Assembly: GCA_965238175.1 (NCBI GenBank)
Contig: CBDEGZ010000003.1
Coordinates: 1,728,001 to 1,792,000 of the forward strand
Source of the DNA: Gammaproteobacteria bacterium
GTDB taxonomy: Bacteria; Pseudomonadota; Gammaproteobacteria; CAJXQU01
Length of the DNA: 64,000 bases
Direction of reading: 5' to 3'
This document shows positions 50,046-59,311 of this stretch, piece after piece. The notes under the pieces are model-generated. The model made no database searches. It was given only the letters and a program-made list of their open reading frames with translations, and was not told the DNA's origin. Made by a program: the position numbers and the translations under genes. Positions within the stretch are counted from its first letter, which is position 1; the number at the start of each line of letters is the position of its first letter.

Positions 50046-51362
50046 TCAGATTATGTTAAAAGCAATCTTCTCCAACACTTCTTTTTTCAACTCCAAGCTT
50101 GGCCCATTACCGTAACGTTCACGATTGTATTTGTGTCCCATCAGGGCGGCTTGCACTTTTTCCAATGTCTTTACCTCAGTCAACCGGTCTTCGAAGCTAT
50201 GTCGCAAACTGTAGACACAATGCTCGCTAGTTGGTAACAGATCATGTTCACGTAAAAACTTATTCAGATTAGCCGATAGGGCATCCGGCTTCCGATAATA
50301 ATGCTTGAATCCTTCTGGTATGTTTTGAAACGCAAAGAGTGACGTGCCAACCAAAGGTATTTTGCGTTTGCTATGTTTGGTTTTCAGTGCCCTGTCTTTT
50401 TCAGGCTGGATATCAATATACGGGATATCTGTATCAAGCCGGATATGTCCCTTCAATGGGTTCAAGCCCAGCAGTTCAGACGGTCTTGCACCGGTATCCG
50501 CCATGGCATAAAGAAACCAACGGCATTCGCTATCTAGCCCTTTTAGATTCGAGACGTTCAGTAATGTATTTTGGATATAAGCTGTTTCAAAAGGAGGGCG
50601 GTGACTTTCTTCATGCTCTTCCGAAAAACGCATTCTAGTGAATAACTTTTGAACATCTAAGTTATAGCGATAATGATCGTCTACAAAACTTAAGAGTGTT
50701 CTTAAGTGCATAAAGTCCTTATTCGCTGTTGCAGGATTGAGTCCGCCTTTTCCTAATGTTCGACTTTCCCACCACTGGCGCAACACGCTTATATGATCTC
50801 TTGTAATATCCTCTACTGAAAGATCACTATTTTCCCGGACAAAATTTTGCACGGCCTTGATACGTGGATTCTTCCATTTTCTTATCTGGTCATCACTTTT
50901 ATTTTTCAGGTTTGGGATCTGAAACTCAAAGTAGTCTTCCAAGGCCTTAGTCAGTGGCAGTGATTGCTTTTCTTCAGAACCCAGTAAAGCAGAGGTATTC
51001 ACTTCATTTCGACTCTCTTGATTTTTTAATGTCAGGGAACGACTGACAATTTCCGAAAGCTCACTTTCAGCAATGTGCTGTGACGTCTTATAGGTAAATC
51101 CATGAGCCTGAGCTAACGCTCGTAGTTTTTTAAGGTTGAATAATTCAGTGGGATTATCTTTAAATCGGGATTGATCCCAATATTGTTCAATCTGTTCATT
51201 CAATGCGGTCGCACGCTGTGCAGCGATGCGATCAGAATCTGTTTCCAGCGAAATTTGAACAAACTCGACCTGCTCAGGGTAATAAGGTTGATACTTTGCG
51301 GGTATACGACGTTTGAAATGCTTGGCTTTATTACGGGTAATAACATAAGGCATGTGTGACAA
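50046..51362 (-). CDS. Tyrosine integrase with a DUF6538-like N-terminal domain
   Basis: F.RRIP...ISL.TD, DTGARPSE, LKT.HS.R.IPL, YSLRHSFEDRL, LMGH....RYG. Confidence 0.92.
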   Translation of the reverse strand: MSHMPYVITRNKAKHFKRRIPAKYQPYYPEQVEFVQISLETDSDRIAAQRATALNEQIEQYWDQSRFKDNPTELFNLKKLRALAQAHGFTYKTSQHIAESELSEIVSRSLTLKNQESRNEVNTSALLGSEEKQSLPLTKALEDYFEFQIPNLKNKSDDQIRKWKNPRIKAVQNFVRENSDLSVEDITRDHISVLRQWWESRTLGKGGLNPATANKDFMHLRTLLSFVDDHYRYNLDVQKLFTRMRFSEEHEESHRPPFETAYIQNTLLNVSNLKGLDSECRWFLYAMADTGARPSELLGLNPLKGHIRLDTDIPYIDIQPEKDRALKTKHSKRKIPLVGTSLFAFQNIPEGFKHYYRKPDALSANLNKFLREHDLLPTSEHCVYSLRHSFEDRLTEVKTLEKVQAALMGHKYNRERYGNGPSLELKKEVLEKIAFNII

Positions 51363-51617
51363 CTTGTGCTACAAAATGTGTAACACGTTCCTTTCTACAG
51401 TTTACCTATGCAGAAATTAATATAGTGTCAAACACCCATTTTATGCTTTTGTTTCTGAGGGTTAGTTGTTTCGTAAAACTCTCTTTTATTATCATAATTG
51501 GCGTCCCGTACGGGATTCGAACCCGTGTTGCACAGCTTGTAACGTGTTGAGTTAGTTTGATTATTTTTCTATGTAAATAGCGTTGTGTGACAATTTGTGT
51601 AACAAAATGTGTGACAA
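51353..51617. other. attP-like site: 33-bp tRNA-Glu 3' fragment flanked on both sides by arm-type repeats
   Basis: Core TGGCGTCCCGTACGGGATTCGAACCCGTGTTGC at 51499-51531. Triplets of TGTG(TG/TA/CT)ACA at ~51355-51385 and ~51583-51616. Confidence 0.7.
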
Positions 51618-51650
51618 GAACATAGATAGTGAGGAATGGATTTAAGAGGA

Positions 51651-51947
51651 TTATTTTTCCAATTTATCCACAGCTATTGTTCTAGCTTTCGCTAACATGT
51701 CATCTTTATCTTTTCTTTGCTCAATCTCGGTATGCAACCTTTCAAATATTGGCAAGTAAACTTCTCCATGTTTCGCAACTATATGCGCTACCAATTCATA
51801 GCTTTCTTGCAAGATACTTAGGGAAATATCATTTTCCTTTAAGAAAAACTGCTTTTTATAAGGTTTGTGATTGTCAGTTCTTGTCGTTAGCACCCGTGAA
51901 TGCCATTTCATGACACATTCTTCGGCTGACCATTCTTTCTTTTTCAT
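51651..51947 (-). CDS. Hypothetical protein
   Basis: VA.IV..HG..YLPIFERL..E motif. Confidence 0.6.
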   Translation of the reverse strand: MKKKEWSAEECVMKWHSRVLTTRTDNHKPYKKQFFLKENDISLSILQESYELVAHIVAKHGEVYLPIFERLHTEIEQRKDKDDMLAKARTIAVDKLEK

Positions 51948-51974
51948 AGCAATCTCAAAATAACTTACTAAGGA

Positions 51975-52214
51975 TCATATTTCGTAATCATCTGCGGCGC
52001 TTTTATAGGGGCCAGTATTAAAGATAACCTCTACTTTTTTGCCATGCTGATCTTTACAAAGCACAGGCGTACCAAGGCCATTTGTGGGTGTCAGGTAAAG
52101 GGTAATGTCTTTGGAATGGCGGACTAAAAACTCTTCTTCTAACTGGTGTAGTTCTTCAAAGAGCGCCTGCCGGAGTTGGTGAACATGAAGCTCACCGTGG
52201 AATTTGATTTTCAT
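51975..52214 (-). CDS. Hypothetical protein
   Basis: GGAGG RBS; 79 aa. Confidence 0.65.
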   Translation of the reverse strand: MKIKFHGELHVHQLRQALFEELHQLEEEFLVRHSKDITLYLTPTNGLGTPVLCKDQHGKKVEVIFNTGPYKSAADDYEI

Positions 52215-52442
52215 GAGAAAACCTCCGTGAACTGAAGATTATATTTCCATAATACAACCCAAAGTATTAATAAACTGTTTATCGGCAACCATTGAATTTT
52301 GCAGAAACATATTCCAATAACCATGAGGCAGTCATGAGGAATGTGCTATTGGGAAGCTGATATCGTGTAAATCATGAAATAAGCAGGATATTTATAATTT
52401 TAGTTAATCACTTTTTGATGACTGATACGGTGAGGAAATACG

Positions 52443-52811
52443 ATGGCTTACAATGACTTTCCGCCTAGACTGATTAGAATGCGTGATGCGCCTTCTTATG
52501 TCGGAATGGATCGCCATCGTTTTTCAAAGAACGTCCGGCCATGCCTGACTGAAATCCCAATGGGTGTCCAAGGGATTGCTTTTGACCGACTTGAAATTGA
52601 TGCGTGGGTAGAGGAATATATTCAACGCAACGGGCGTCGTCCAAAACTTCAAAAAGTGGAGGATGATGTATGTCGAAACGTAACCAAATGCCGGGACTTC
52701 GCCTTAAAGGCAAGATCTGGCACATTGAAAAACGCTGTAGACACGCCGACGGCGGTTGGCTCCGTGAAAGCACGGGAAAAACTGGCCGCGCTGAGGCAGA
52801 AGCATTCCTGA
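52443..52811 (+). CDS. Excisionase-like HTH protein overlapping the integrase
   Basis: PRLIR.RDAP.Y.GMDR.RF...AFDRLE.DAW; GAGG RBS. Confidence 0.75.
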   Translation: MAYNDFPPRLIRMRDAPSYVGMDRHRFSKNVRPCLTEIPMGVQGIAFDRLEIDAWVEEYIQRNGRRPKLQKVEDDVCRNVTKCRDFALKARSGTLKNAVDTPTAVGSVKAREKLAALRQKHS

Positions 52812-53824
52812 TAAGCCGGTTGGCTTATTTGGAAAAAGAAGCGGAACGTAAAAACGAGAGTAGCTATACGTTTTTAGAGGCGGGCTTGCGATATCTGGAA
52901 GATATTGCGATAAAGCCATCGGCAGATACGATGGCCATGCACCTGGATCAATTATTTCCCTTTATCGGGGAGCTTGTATTAGAGCAGGTTCATGATGCGA
53001 CACTCAAAACATTTATTAATAGCGAAGTGGCTGCTGGCAAAGCACCTAAAACGATTAATAATGCGCTTGGGGTGGTGTCGGCTGTTTTGAACAGAGCGGC
53101 ACGTGTTTGGCGAAATGAGGATGGATTGCCATGGTTAAAACATGCGCCACCGAAATTAAGCCGAATGTCTGCCATGGGAAAACAAGCGAAAGCCTATCCG
53201 TTATCGTGGGATGAGCAAGATCGTCTGTTTAAAGAGTTGCCAAGACATTTGGCTGATGCGGCTTTGTATGGGATCAATACAGGTTGTCGTGAACAGGAAA
53301 TTTGTCAATTGCGCTGGGACTGGGAGGTGAGGGTGCCGGATTTAAAAACGTCTGTTTTTATATTGCCGGAAACGCTGACCAAAACTGGAACAGAGCGCAT
53401 TGTTGTTCTCAATTCTGTCGCGAGACGGGTGATTGAAGGACGACGTGGCAAACATCCCGATCATGTTTTCACCTACCGTGATGCGCCGCTTAAAAAGCTA
53501 CATGCCAGTGGTTGGCGAAGAGCTTGGAGAGTCGCAGGGATGCCGGTAGAAAAAGGTGTTTTAAAGGGGGTTCATAATTTGCGACACAGCTTTGGAAGAC
53601 GTCTTAGAAGTGCAGGTGTTTCATTAGAAACACGTAAAGCCTTATTGGGACATGCGCACGGTGATATCACCACGCATTATTCTGCGGCTGAGTTAGCTGA
53701 ATTAATGAATGCAGTTGAAAAGATTGTTGATCGTGGCGTTGCACAAACACCGGCACTCTTTTTACTTCAAAGCACCAAGATAAAAGACACACTTCCGAAC
53801 ATGTCGGAAAAGTGTCGGAAATAA
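52670..53824 (+). CDS. Tyrosine integrase of element B
   Basis: NTGCREQE, K, HNLRHSFGRRL, LLGH..T.HY; adjacent to the tRNA att site. Confidence 0.95.
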   Translation: MSKRNQMPGLRLKGKIWHIEKRCRHADGGWLRESTGKTGRAEAEAFLISRLAYLEKEAERKNESSYTFLEAGLRYLEDIAIKPSADTMAMHLDQLFPFIGELVLEQVHDATLKTFINSEVAAGKAPKTINNALGVVSAVLNRAARVWRNEDGLPWLKHAPPKLSRMSAMGKQAKAYPLSWDEQDRLFKELPRHLADAALYGINTGCREQEICQLRWDWEVRVPDLKTSVFILPETLTKTGTERIVVLNSVARRVIEGRRGKHPDHVFTYRDAPLKKLHASGWRRAWRVAGMPVEKGVLKGVHNLRHSFGRRLRSAGVSLETRKALLGHAHGDITTHYSAAELAELMNAVEKIVDRGVAQTPALFLLQSTKIKDTLPNMSEKCRK

Positions 53825-53868
53825 AGAAATAGGTTAAAAGATATTTGGGGTTAAGTCTTTGATTTAAA

Positions 53869-53945
53869 TGGCGCGCCCTGAAGGATTCGAACCTCCGACC
53901 ACCTGGTTCGAAGCCAGGTACTCTATCCAGCTGAGCTAAGGGCGC
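53869..53945 (-). tRNA. tRNA-Arg (anticodon UCG)
   Basis: 77 nt: GCGCCCT acceptor stem, anticodon arm CCTGG-CTTCGAA-CCAGG, GGTTCGAATCC T-arm, CCA end. Confidence 0.97.
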
Positions 53946-54108
53946 TTTGTATTTTCGAGCGGCAAAATATACCTGACTAGGGAAGTATTGTCACGATTAT
54001 TCGTATATGGTTTAGTTCAGGAAAAAATCATATTCCTTCTTATTTTAAAGCGATATAGGCAATAATGTATCCAAAAATGTACACTGGTAACTATTAAGAG
54101 TATATGAG

Positions 54109-54927
54109 GTGTTAATTATGATCAGAAAGTCATTGTTGTTATGTTCTTTTTTTCTTATGTCTTTGATAAGTAATGTTTTCGCTGCGGATAAGCTTGAGGT
54201 ATCGTTAGTCTTTTTTGGTGAAGCTTCTAGCATGGCATCACTTGGTGTGGTTCAGGGAATTGATGAGGCTAATTTTCAGGGTGAGTTTTTGGGACAGAGT
54301 TACACAATCAAAAATTATGATGTGGAAGATATAGCACATGTTGCGGATGTTTCCGCTATTTTTGCGGTAGCTGATGAGGTAGGTTTACGCGAGCTGGCTA
54401 AGCTTAATCCTGATACACCTGTATTTAATTTAAGTGATGAGAATAATTCATTACGTGAGAATTGTATTACTAATCTTTTCCATGCAATTCTAAGTCAAAA
54501 AATGCGTGATGATGCAGTTGCACAATGGTTACAGAAAAATGCTGATTCAAAGGCAACTGCAGCGGGGTGGCATAAAGATTTTAAAAAATATGCGGCAAGC
54601 CAGGTAAATAAAAGATTTACCGATCTGCACGAAAAGGCCATGGATGATTCTGGTTATGCAGGTTGGATCGCGATGAAAGCAGTGGCTGATGCAGTGGCTC
54701 GTACAAGTTCAATTGATGGTGCGAAGCTGATGACATTTCTGAAAAATGATCTGGTGATGGATGGTGCAAAAGGTCTGAAAATGAATTTCCGATCAACTGG
54801 CCAATTACGTCAGATGTTGCTATTAGTTGATGAAGGTAAAATTGTCGGCGAAGCTCCCGTTAGAGGAGTTGTAGATACGACAGATTTGGAGACCTTAGGT
54901 ATTTTAGAATGTACACCGTGTCCTTAA
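54109..54927 (+). CDS. Periplasmic substrate-binding protein (PQQ-ADH-associated ABC type)
   Basis: Signal peptide; G..EAN..G.FLG, W.A.K.V, DG.KG..M.FR..GQLRQ. Confidence 0.7.
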   Translation: MLIMIRKSLLLCSFFLMSLISNVFAADKLEVSLVFFGEASSMASLGVVQGIDEANFQGEFLGQSYTIKNYDVEDIAHVADVSAIFAVADEVGLRELAKLNPDTPVFNLSDENNSLRENCITNLFHAILSQKMRDDAVAQWLQKNADSKATAAGWHKDFKKYAASQVNKRFTDLHEKAMDDSGYAGWIAMKAVADAVARTSSIDGAKLMTFLKNDLVMDGAKGLKMNFRSTGQLRQMLLLVDEGKIVGEAPVRGVVDTTDLETLGILECTPCP

Positions 54928-54972
54928 AAAAAATCATGAAAAAATACTAAATATTTTTAAAGTTAGGAAAAA

Positions 54973-55731
54973 ATGGAATTAAGATTAAAAAATAAAACCG
55001 CGGTTGTGACAGGAGCAAGCACGGGCATTGGTCGAGAGGTCGCTTTAGTATTAGCTCGGCATGGTGCGAAAGTTGTGGTGAATTATAACGCCTCAAAAGA
55101 AAGTGCTGAGGAAGTCGTCGAAGAAATCAAACAAGCGGGTGGAGCAGCTAAGTCTGTCCAAGGTAATGTTGCTGATAGTAGTGATGTTGATTATCTAGTC
55201 GGTTCAGCTTTAGAATATTTGGGTGAGATTGATATTTGGGCGAATATTGCCGGCGCGGATATCTTAACCGGATCCGGATCAAAATTGAGTGATATTGAGA
55301 AACTGGAAAAATTAATATCGGTTGATTTGAAAGGAACGATGATGTGTTGCTGGCGAGTTGTAGAGCTAATGAAAAAAGCAGGATCAGGTTCAATTATTAA
55401 TATTTCCTGGGATTTGGCGTTACATGGGATGGAAGGCAGAAATCCTGAAATGTTTGCTGCAATTAAAGGTGGTGTAACAGGTTTTACCAAGTGTTTGGCT
55501 CGATCAAGTGCGCCTGATATACGAGTCAATGACGTGGCTCCTGGCTGGATAAAAACCTCGTTTGCCGATGATGTGATGCGTGAAGATTATTACAATATGG
55601 TGATTGAAAGTACTCCCTTGCGTCGTTTTGGATTGCCTGAAGATGTTGCAAATGCGGTGCTTTATCTGGCCTCGGATGAAGCCGCATTTATTACTGGGCA
55701 GACCTTAAAAGTAAATGGTGGCGTTGTCTAG
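54973..55731 (+). CDS. Short-chain dehydrogenase/reductase (FabG-like, atypical F..K active site)
   Basis: VTGASTGIG, IRVN.VAPG.I.T, P.DVA.AV.YLAS, GQTL.VNGG. Confidence 0.9.
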   Translation: MELRLKNKTAVVTGASTGIGREVALVLARHGAKVVVNYNASKESAEEVVEEIKQAGGAAKSVQGNVADSSDVDYLVGSALEYLGEIDIWANIAGADILTGSGSKLSDIEKLEKLISVDLKGTMMCCWRVVELMKKAGSGSIINISWDLALHGMEGRNPEMFAAIKGGVTGFTKCLARSSAPDIRVNDVAPGWIKTSFADDVMREDYYNMVIESTPLRRFGLPEDVANAVLYLASDEAAFITGQTLKVNGGVV

Positions 55732-55753
55732 AATTGATCAATATTAGATAGGA

Positions 55754-56563
55754 TCAAGGCGTTGGGGAGTTGCGAGAATTTATCCTGTCTAATAGTGAGA
55801 TATATTTTTGTAGACGACGTTCTGAACTTTGATCCATATTAATGAATTTGCCACCGAGTCTTGGTTTTGCACTATAGCGTTTATCTTCACAGTAGCGGAT
55901 CTCAAGTTCTGATTCTACAGGGGGTTGTTGATCACCAAGGTACATAACACATTTTGGTATAACATCTCCGTGTTTAACTTTATTTGAGGTTTCTCTACTA
56001 AGAACCGCAGCAAAACCACCAGTTGACAAATCTATCAACTCGCCTGTCACAAGATCATCTAATTCTGTATGAAGATGTACCGGCAAGTATTTACCGCGTG
56101 GTGTAGAAACACGTAAGTGTTTTCTTCTTAATTGATGTTCGAGATCTTTTGGGAAGGGAACTTTGTAGTAATGGATCCCATTATGTTCACCAACAGCAGT
56201 AAGTTCACATTGGAATTTAATGACTCGATCTTCCAGGCGTGTCTTAATCTCAAATTGTTTGATGTGGGAAATAGCTCTGTGCCCAGTTCCTGAACTGAGT
56301 TCATCAATGACAATATAGCCTTCTTCTTCATCGACCTCAAGTAATGCGCTGAGATAGGTTTCTTCAATTCCGGCAATTTTAACTGTTAACATTGCACGTG
56401 AGTTTTTGATCCTGCGCATCAGTTTAGCGGTTTCTGGAGAAGGAGGTGGTTTTATTTCCTGCTCAGGTTCTACGGGCAGAGGGTTTGAACGTAATAATAG
56501 CTTGTCTCGAATGGAACCAAATTGATCGAGTATATTTTCTAATAATCTTTCTTTGCTTAGCAT
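55754..56563 (-). CDS. ycgR: Flagellar brake YcgR (PilZ domain)
   Basis: RRKHLR and DLSTGG c-di-GMP motifs; lies after flgN. Confidence 0.8.
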   Translation of the reverse strand: MLSKERLLENILDQFGSIRDKLLLRSNPLPVEPEQEIKPPPSPETAKLMRRIKNSRAMLTVKIAGIEETYLSALLEVDEEEGYIVIDELSSGTGHRAISHIKQFEIKTRLEDRVIKFQCELTAVGEHNGIHYYKVPFPKDLEHQLRRKHLRVSTPRGKYLPVHLHTELDDLVTGELIDLSTGGFAAVLSRETSNKVKHGDVIPKCVMYLGDQQPPVESELEIRYCEDKRYSAKPRLGGKFINMDQSSERRLQKYISLLDRINSRNSPTP

Positions 56564-56571
56564 TTTCTTAA

Positions 56572-57042
56572 CTAAGCTTCACCTAGTGGGGGTACATCAT
56601 AATTATTTTGCATCTTACCAGCACGTCCATAAACTGGTTTGTCGTTACCACGTAGTAGATCAATGACGCGATCTGTACTGGTTCTTGTCATTTCAATTGC
56701 TTGCCCATTGACACTATTTTTGCCATTGCAGGTTTCCACTTTTTCACAGAAGGTAGTCCATATATCGCCAAGTTCCAATGCCAACGTACCTTTTTTCAGA
56801 CCAATTTGTTGATCATGGTAACCATACTTTGACATTAGTTCGGATAAGGAATTACTCGATATTTCCATAGATTGTAATAATGCAATCTTTGAATTCGTAG
56901 CAGATGTCAGCATCTCACTATCGCGTTGCCTTATCGCTTGGTTTTCACGGTCAAGCTCTTTATCCAAATCTGTCAGGATAGTACCAATTTGCCCAAGTTG
57001 TTGTGAAATTTCTTGAAGCTTCAATGACTGTTGTTTACCCAT
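56572..57042 (-). CDS. flgN: Flagellar chaperone FlgN
   Basis: N..NG..I, Y...G motifs; synteny. Confidence 0.85.
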   Translation of the reverse strand: MGKQQSLKLQEISQQLGQIGTILTDLDKELDRENQAIRQRDSEMLTSATNSKIALLQSMEISSNSLSELMSKYGYHDQQIGLKKGTLALELGDIWTTFCEKVETCNGKNSVNGQAIEMTRTSTDRVIDLLRGNDKPVYGRAGKMQNNYDVPPLGEA

Positions 57043-57079
57043 AACGTTGACTCTATCTTTATGATCCTATTTGTAGGTA

Positions 57080-57409
57080 TTAACTTTTCTTCTGAGGTAA
57101 TGCGGTATCAAAGTCGATCAATTTTGATGCAATACGTTCAGCGTCGACATTGTATGATCCTTCATTGATGGTTTTTTTCACTGCATCTACTTTGCTTTGA
57201 TCAACGACAGGGGCAGCGGCTATCGATTTCTCCGCTGCTTGTAGCTGGCTTGCGGCGGATGTCAGACTTACGCTGGATGACGGTGGAGGCGCAGAGCTTG
57301 TTTGAGTTTGATTAGACTCATCAGCTTTTTTATTAACATTAATTTGATTGCTACGTTGTTCTGTACTCTGAACAACTCCTGAACTTGAACCTTGAACTTC
57401 CGATACCAT
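57080..57409 (-). CDS. flgM: Anti-sigma28 factor FlgM
   Basis: VD..KV..VK..I..GSY.VD...IA.KL. Confidence 0.92.
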   Translation of the reverse strand: MVSEVQGSSSGVVQSTEQRSNQINVNKKADESNQTQTSSAPPPSSSVSLTSAASQLQAAEKSIAAAPVVDQSKVDAVKKTINEGSYNVDAERIASKLIDFDTALPQKKS

Positions 57410-57438
57410 AATTATTTTCTCCTTTGGATTTTTATATC

Positions 57439-57465
57439 TAAGCGGCAGATATTTTAAATCCTTTA
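57439..57465 (-). promoter_or_regulatory. Sigma28 promoter of flgM
   Basis: TAAAGGAT-N11-GCCGCTTA. Confidence 0.7.
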
Positions 57466-57468
57466 GGA

Positions 57469-58188
57469 CTAATTTACATTTGTAGTCACTAAGCCGTTGT
57501 TTGTGACTGTGCCTTCAATCACTTTATTTGAATTTATATTCTTAACTTTGATTCGCCCACCAGCGATGCCATTGGACATTGCTTTGCCGGCCATTTTCAC
57601 CGTAATACCACCGGTTTGTGCTAATAACGTCACTTTCTGTCCGCGTTTAATTAGCATTGATGACTCTACAAAGTTTGGTGTGAGTATAAACCCAGTATTG
57701 AGAGATTTTTTTAGGGTTTTCCCAACAACTTCGTTCAAGTTGGAAAAATAACCTGAGTTAAGTCTGTTAATATCATGCCGCTCTACACGTAAATCAGATT
57801 GACTGAGAGGAGTATTTCTAGGCAGGGCATTATTCAACACAACGATATTTTTGAATTCTTTAACTTGTACTGGCACAAATAAAGACCAAGGTTTTACACC
57901 GTTGCATTTGATATTGACAGTATACCGCCCATTTTTGCCAGAACTTGATGTATTACTCGTTTCTAATATTTCTTTGCATTTCACTAAACGAAGACGTGGA
58001 TCTAATCTGCCAGCAACAATCTCAATATTAGATTTATTGTTTTCATTCATATATTGATCAGAGACAAATTCTTTAGCAGCAGATCTAAGACTATCAAGTG
58101 ACTGATACTCAACTGCTTCAGTCAAAGTAGGCATGAGTCCTGCTAAGAGAACTACATAGATTCGATTTAGATCTGTTTTTTTATTCAT
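57469..58188 (-). CDS. flgA: Flagellar P-ring chaperone FlgA
   Basis: LDPRLRL..C, C.G.KPW, RGQ.V, G.A..NG..G..I.VKN..S. Confidence 0.92.
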   Translation of the reverse strand: MNKKTDLNRIYVVLLAGLMPTLTEAVEYQSLDSLRSAAKEFVSDQYMNENNKSNIEIVAGRLDPRLRLVKCKEILETSNTSSSGKNGRYTVNIKCNGVKPWSLFVPVQVKEFKNIVVLNNALPRNTPLSQSDLRVERHDINRLNSGYFSNLNEVVGKTLKKSLNTGFILTPNFVESSMLIKRGQKVTLLAQTGGITVKMAGKAMSNGIAGGRIKVKNINSNKVIEGTVTNNGLVTTNVN

Positions 58189-58205
58189 AATAGTTAAGGT
58201 GTGAA

Positions 58206-58221
58206 TGCAAAAAAAGTGCCA
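58206..58221 (-). promoter_or_regulatory. Sigma54 promoter of flgA
   Basis: TGGCAC-N5-TTGCA, an exact consensus match. Confidence 0.8.
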
Positions 58222-58269
58222 GTTGTGATTTTAAAGCAAACATTAAATTTTCCTGAAGTTATGAAAGCC

Positions 58270-58296
58270 TAAAGGGGTTTTTACTTCTGCCGATAG
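58270..58296 (+). promoter_or_regulatory. Sigma28 promoter of cheV
   Basis: TAAAGGGG-N11-GCCGATAG. Confidence 0.75.
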
Positions 58297-58341
58297 GTTG
58301 AATCAAGATTAACAAAATTAACATCAGGCCGGAGAAAACAG

Positions 58342-59268
58342 ATGGCAGGTATATTAGACACTGTTGATGAACGTACCCAACTTGTAGGACAAAATCGACT
58401 TGAATTACTCATGTTTCGTTTGAGTTCACAACAACGATTTGGGATTAATGTTTTTAAAGTTCGAGAAGTGATTCAATGTCCTCCTTTGACGATCGTTCCT
58501 CAGTCACATCATGTAGTACGTGGCGTCGCAAATATTCGTGGCTTGACAATTACTGTAATGGATATGGCTGCAGCTGTAGGTTTACCTCCAATAGATGAGC
58601 CAACATCATGTTGGGTTGTTGTTACGGAATACAATCGAGCGGTTCAAGGGTTCTTAGTCAGTGGTGTCGATCGCATAATCAATATCAACTGGAATGAGAT
58701 CAAACCTCCACCGAAAGGGATGGGAAAACATAATTATATGACCGCCGTCACAGAAGTTGATGGTGAACTGGTCGAAGTGATTGATGTGGAACAGGTGATG
58801 GCTGACATTATGAGTATCCATGTGGATGTGTCAGATGGCCTTGCTTCTTTTCACTCAGAGAAAGGTATTCAACATCATGCATTGGTTATAGATGACTCTT
58901 CTGTTGCACGTCACCAGGTAACAGGTGTACTCGATCAGATAGGTGTGACTTATGATGTAGGAGAAAATGGTCAGCAAGGCCTCGAGATTTTGAGAGAATC
59001 TCTAAATAATGGGGAAACCCCGACGGAAAAATATTCAATGGTTATTAGTGATGTAGAAATGCCTTCGATGGATGGATATTCATTTACAAAAGCGGTTAAA
59101 GATCATCCAGAACTGAAAGATTTATACATTTGTCTACATACTTCTGTGAGTGGTAATTTTAATAATGCGATGGCTGAAAGGGTTGGTGCTGATAAACTGG
59201 TACCAAAATTTAATCCTGATGAACTTGCTACAACTGTTATTACCCGATTAAAAGAACTAGAGCAATAA
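58342..59268 (+). CDS. cheV: Chemotaxis protein CheV
   Basis: RTQLVGQNRLELL, GINVFKVREV, receiver DDS..DVEMP.MDG. Confidence 0.96.
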   Translation: MAGILDTVDERTQLVGQNRLELLMFRLSSQQRFGINVFKVREVIQCPPLTIVPQSHHVVRGVANIRGLTITVMDMAAAVGLPPIDEPTSCWVVVTEYNRAVQGFLVSGVDRIININWNEIKPPPKGMGKHNYMTAVTEVDGELVEVIDVEQVMADIMSIHVDVSDGLASFHSEKGIQHHALVIDDSSVARHQVTGVLDQIGVTYDVGENGQQGLEILRESLNNGETPTEKYSMVISDVEMPSMDGYSFTKAVKDHPELKDLYICLHTSVSGNFNNAMAERVGADKLVPKFNPDELATTVITRLKELEQ

Positions 59269-59311
59269 CCCAGGTTATTTTAGTGATCTGGGATAAAGGA
59301 GGTTAAAGGAA

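Larger units (their letters stand above)
17035..53914. mobile_element. Element B: ~36.9-kb integrative mobilisable island in tRNA-Arg
   Basis: 46-bp direct repeats and an xis-int pair next to the tRNA. TGTCGGA arm-type repeats at 17144, 17186, 53802 and 53813. IHF-consensus sites at 17095-17107 and 53852-53864. Confidence 0.9.

Noticed and set aside
51499-51531. tRNA-Glu gene
   Set aside because: Only the T-arm and acceptor 3' side are present; there is no D or anticodon arm.
17035-53914. Prophage or self-transmissible ICE
   Set aside because: No capsid, terminase or tail genes and no VirB4 or mating-pore genes are recognisable.
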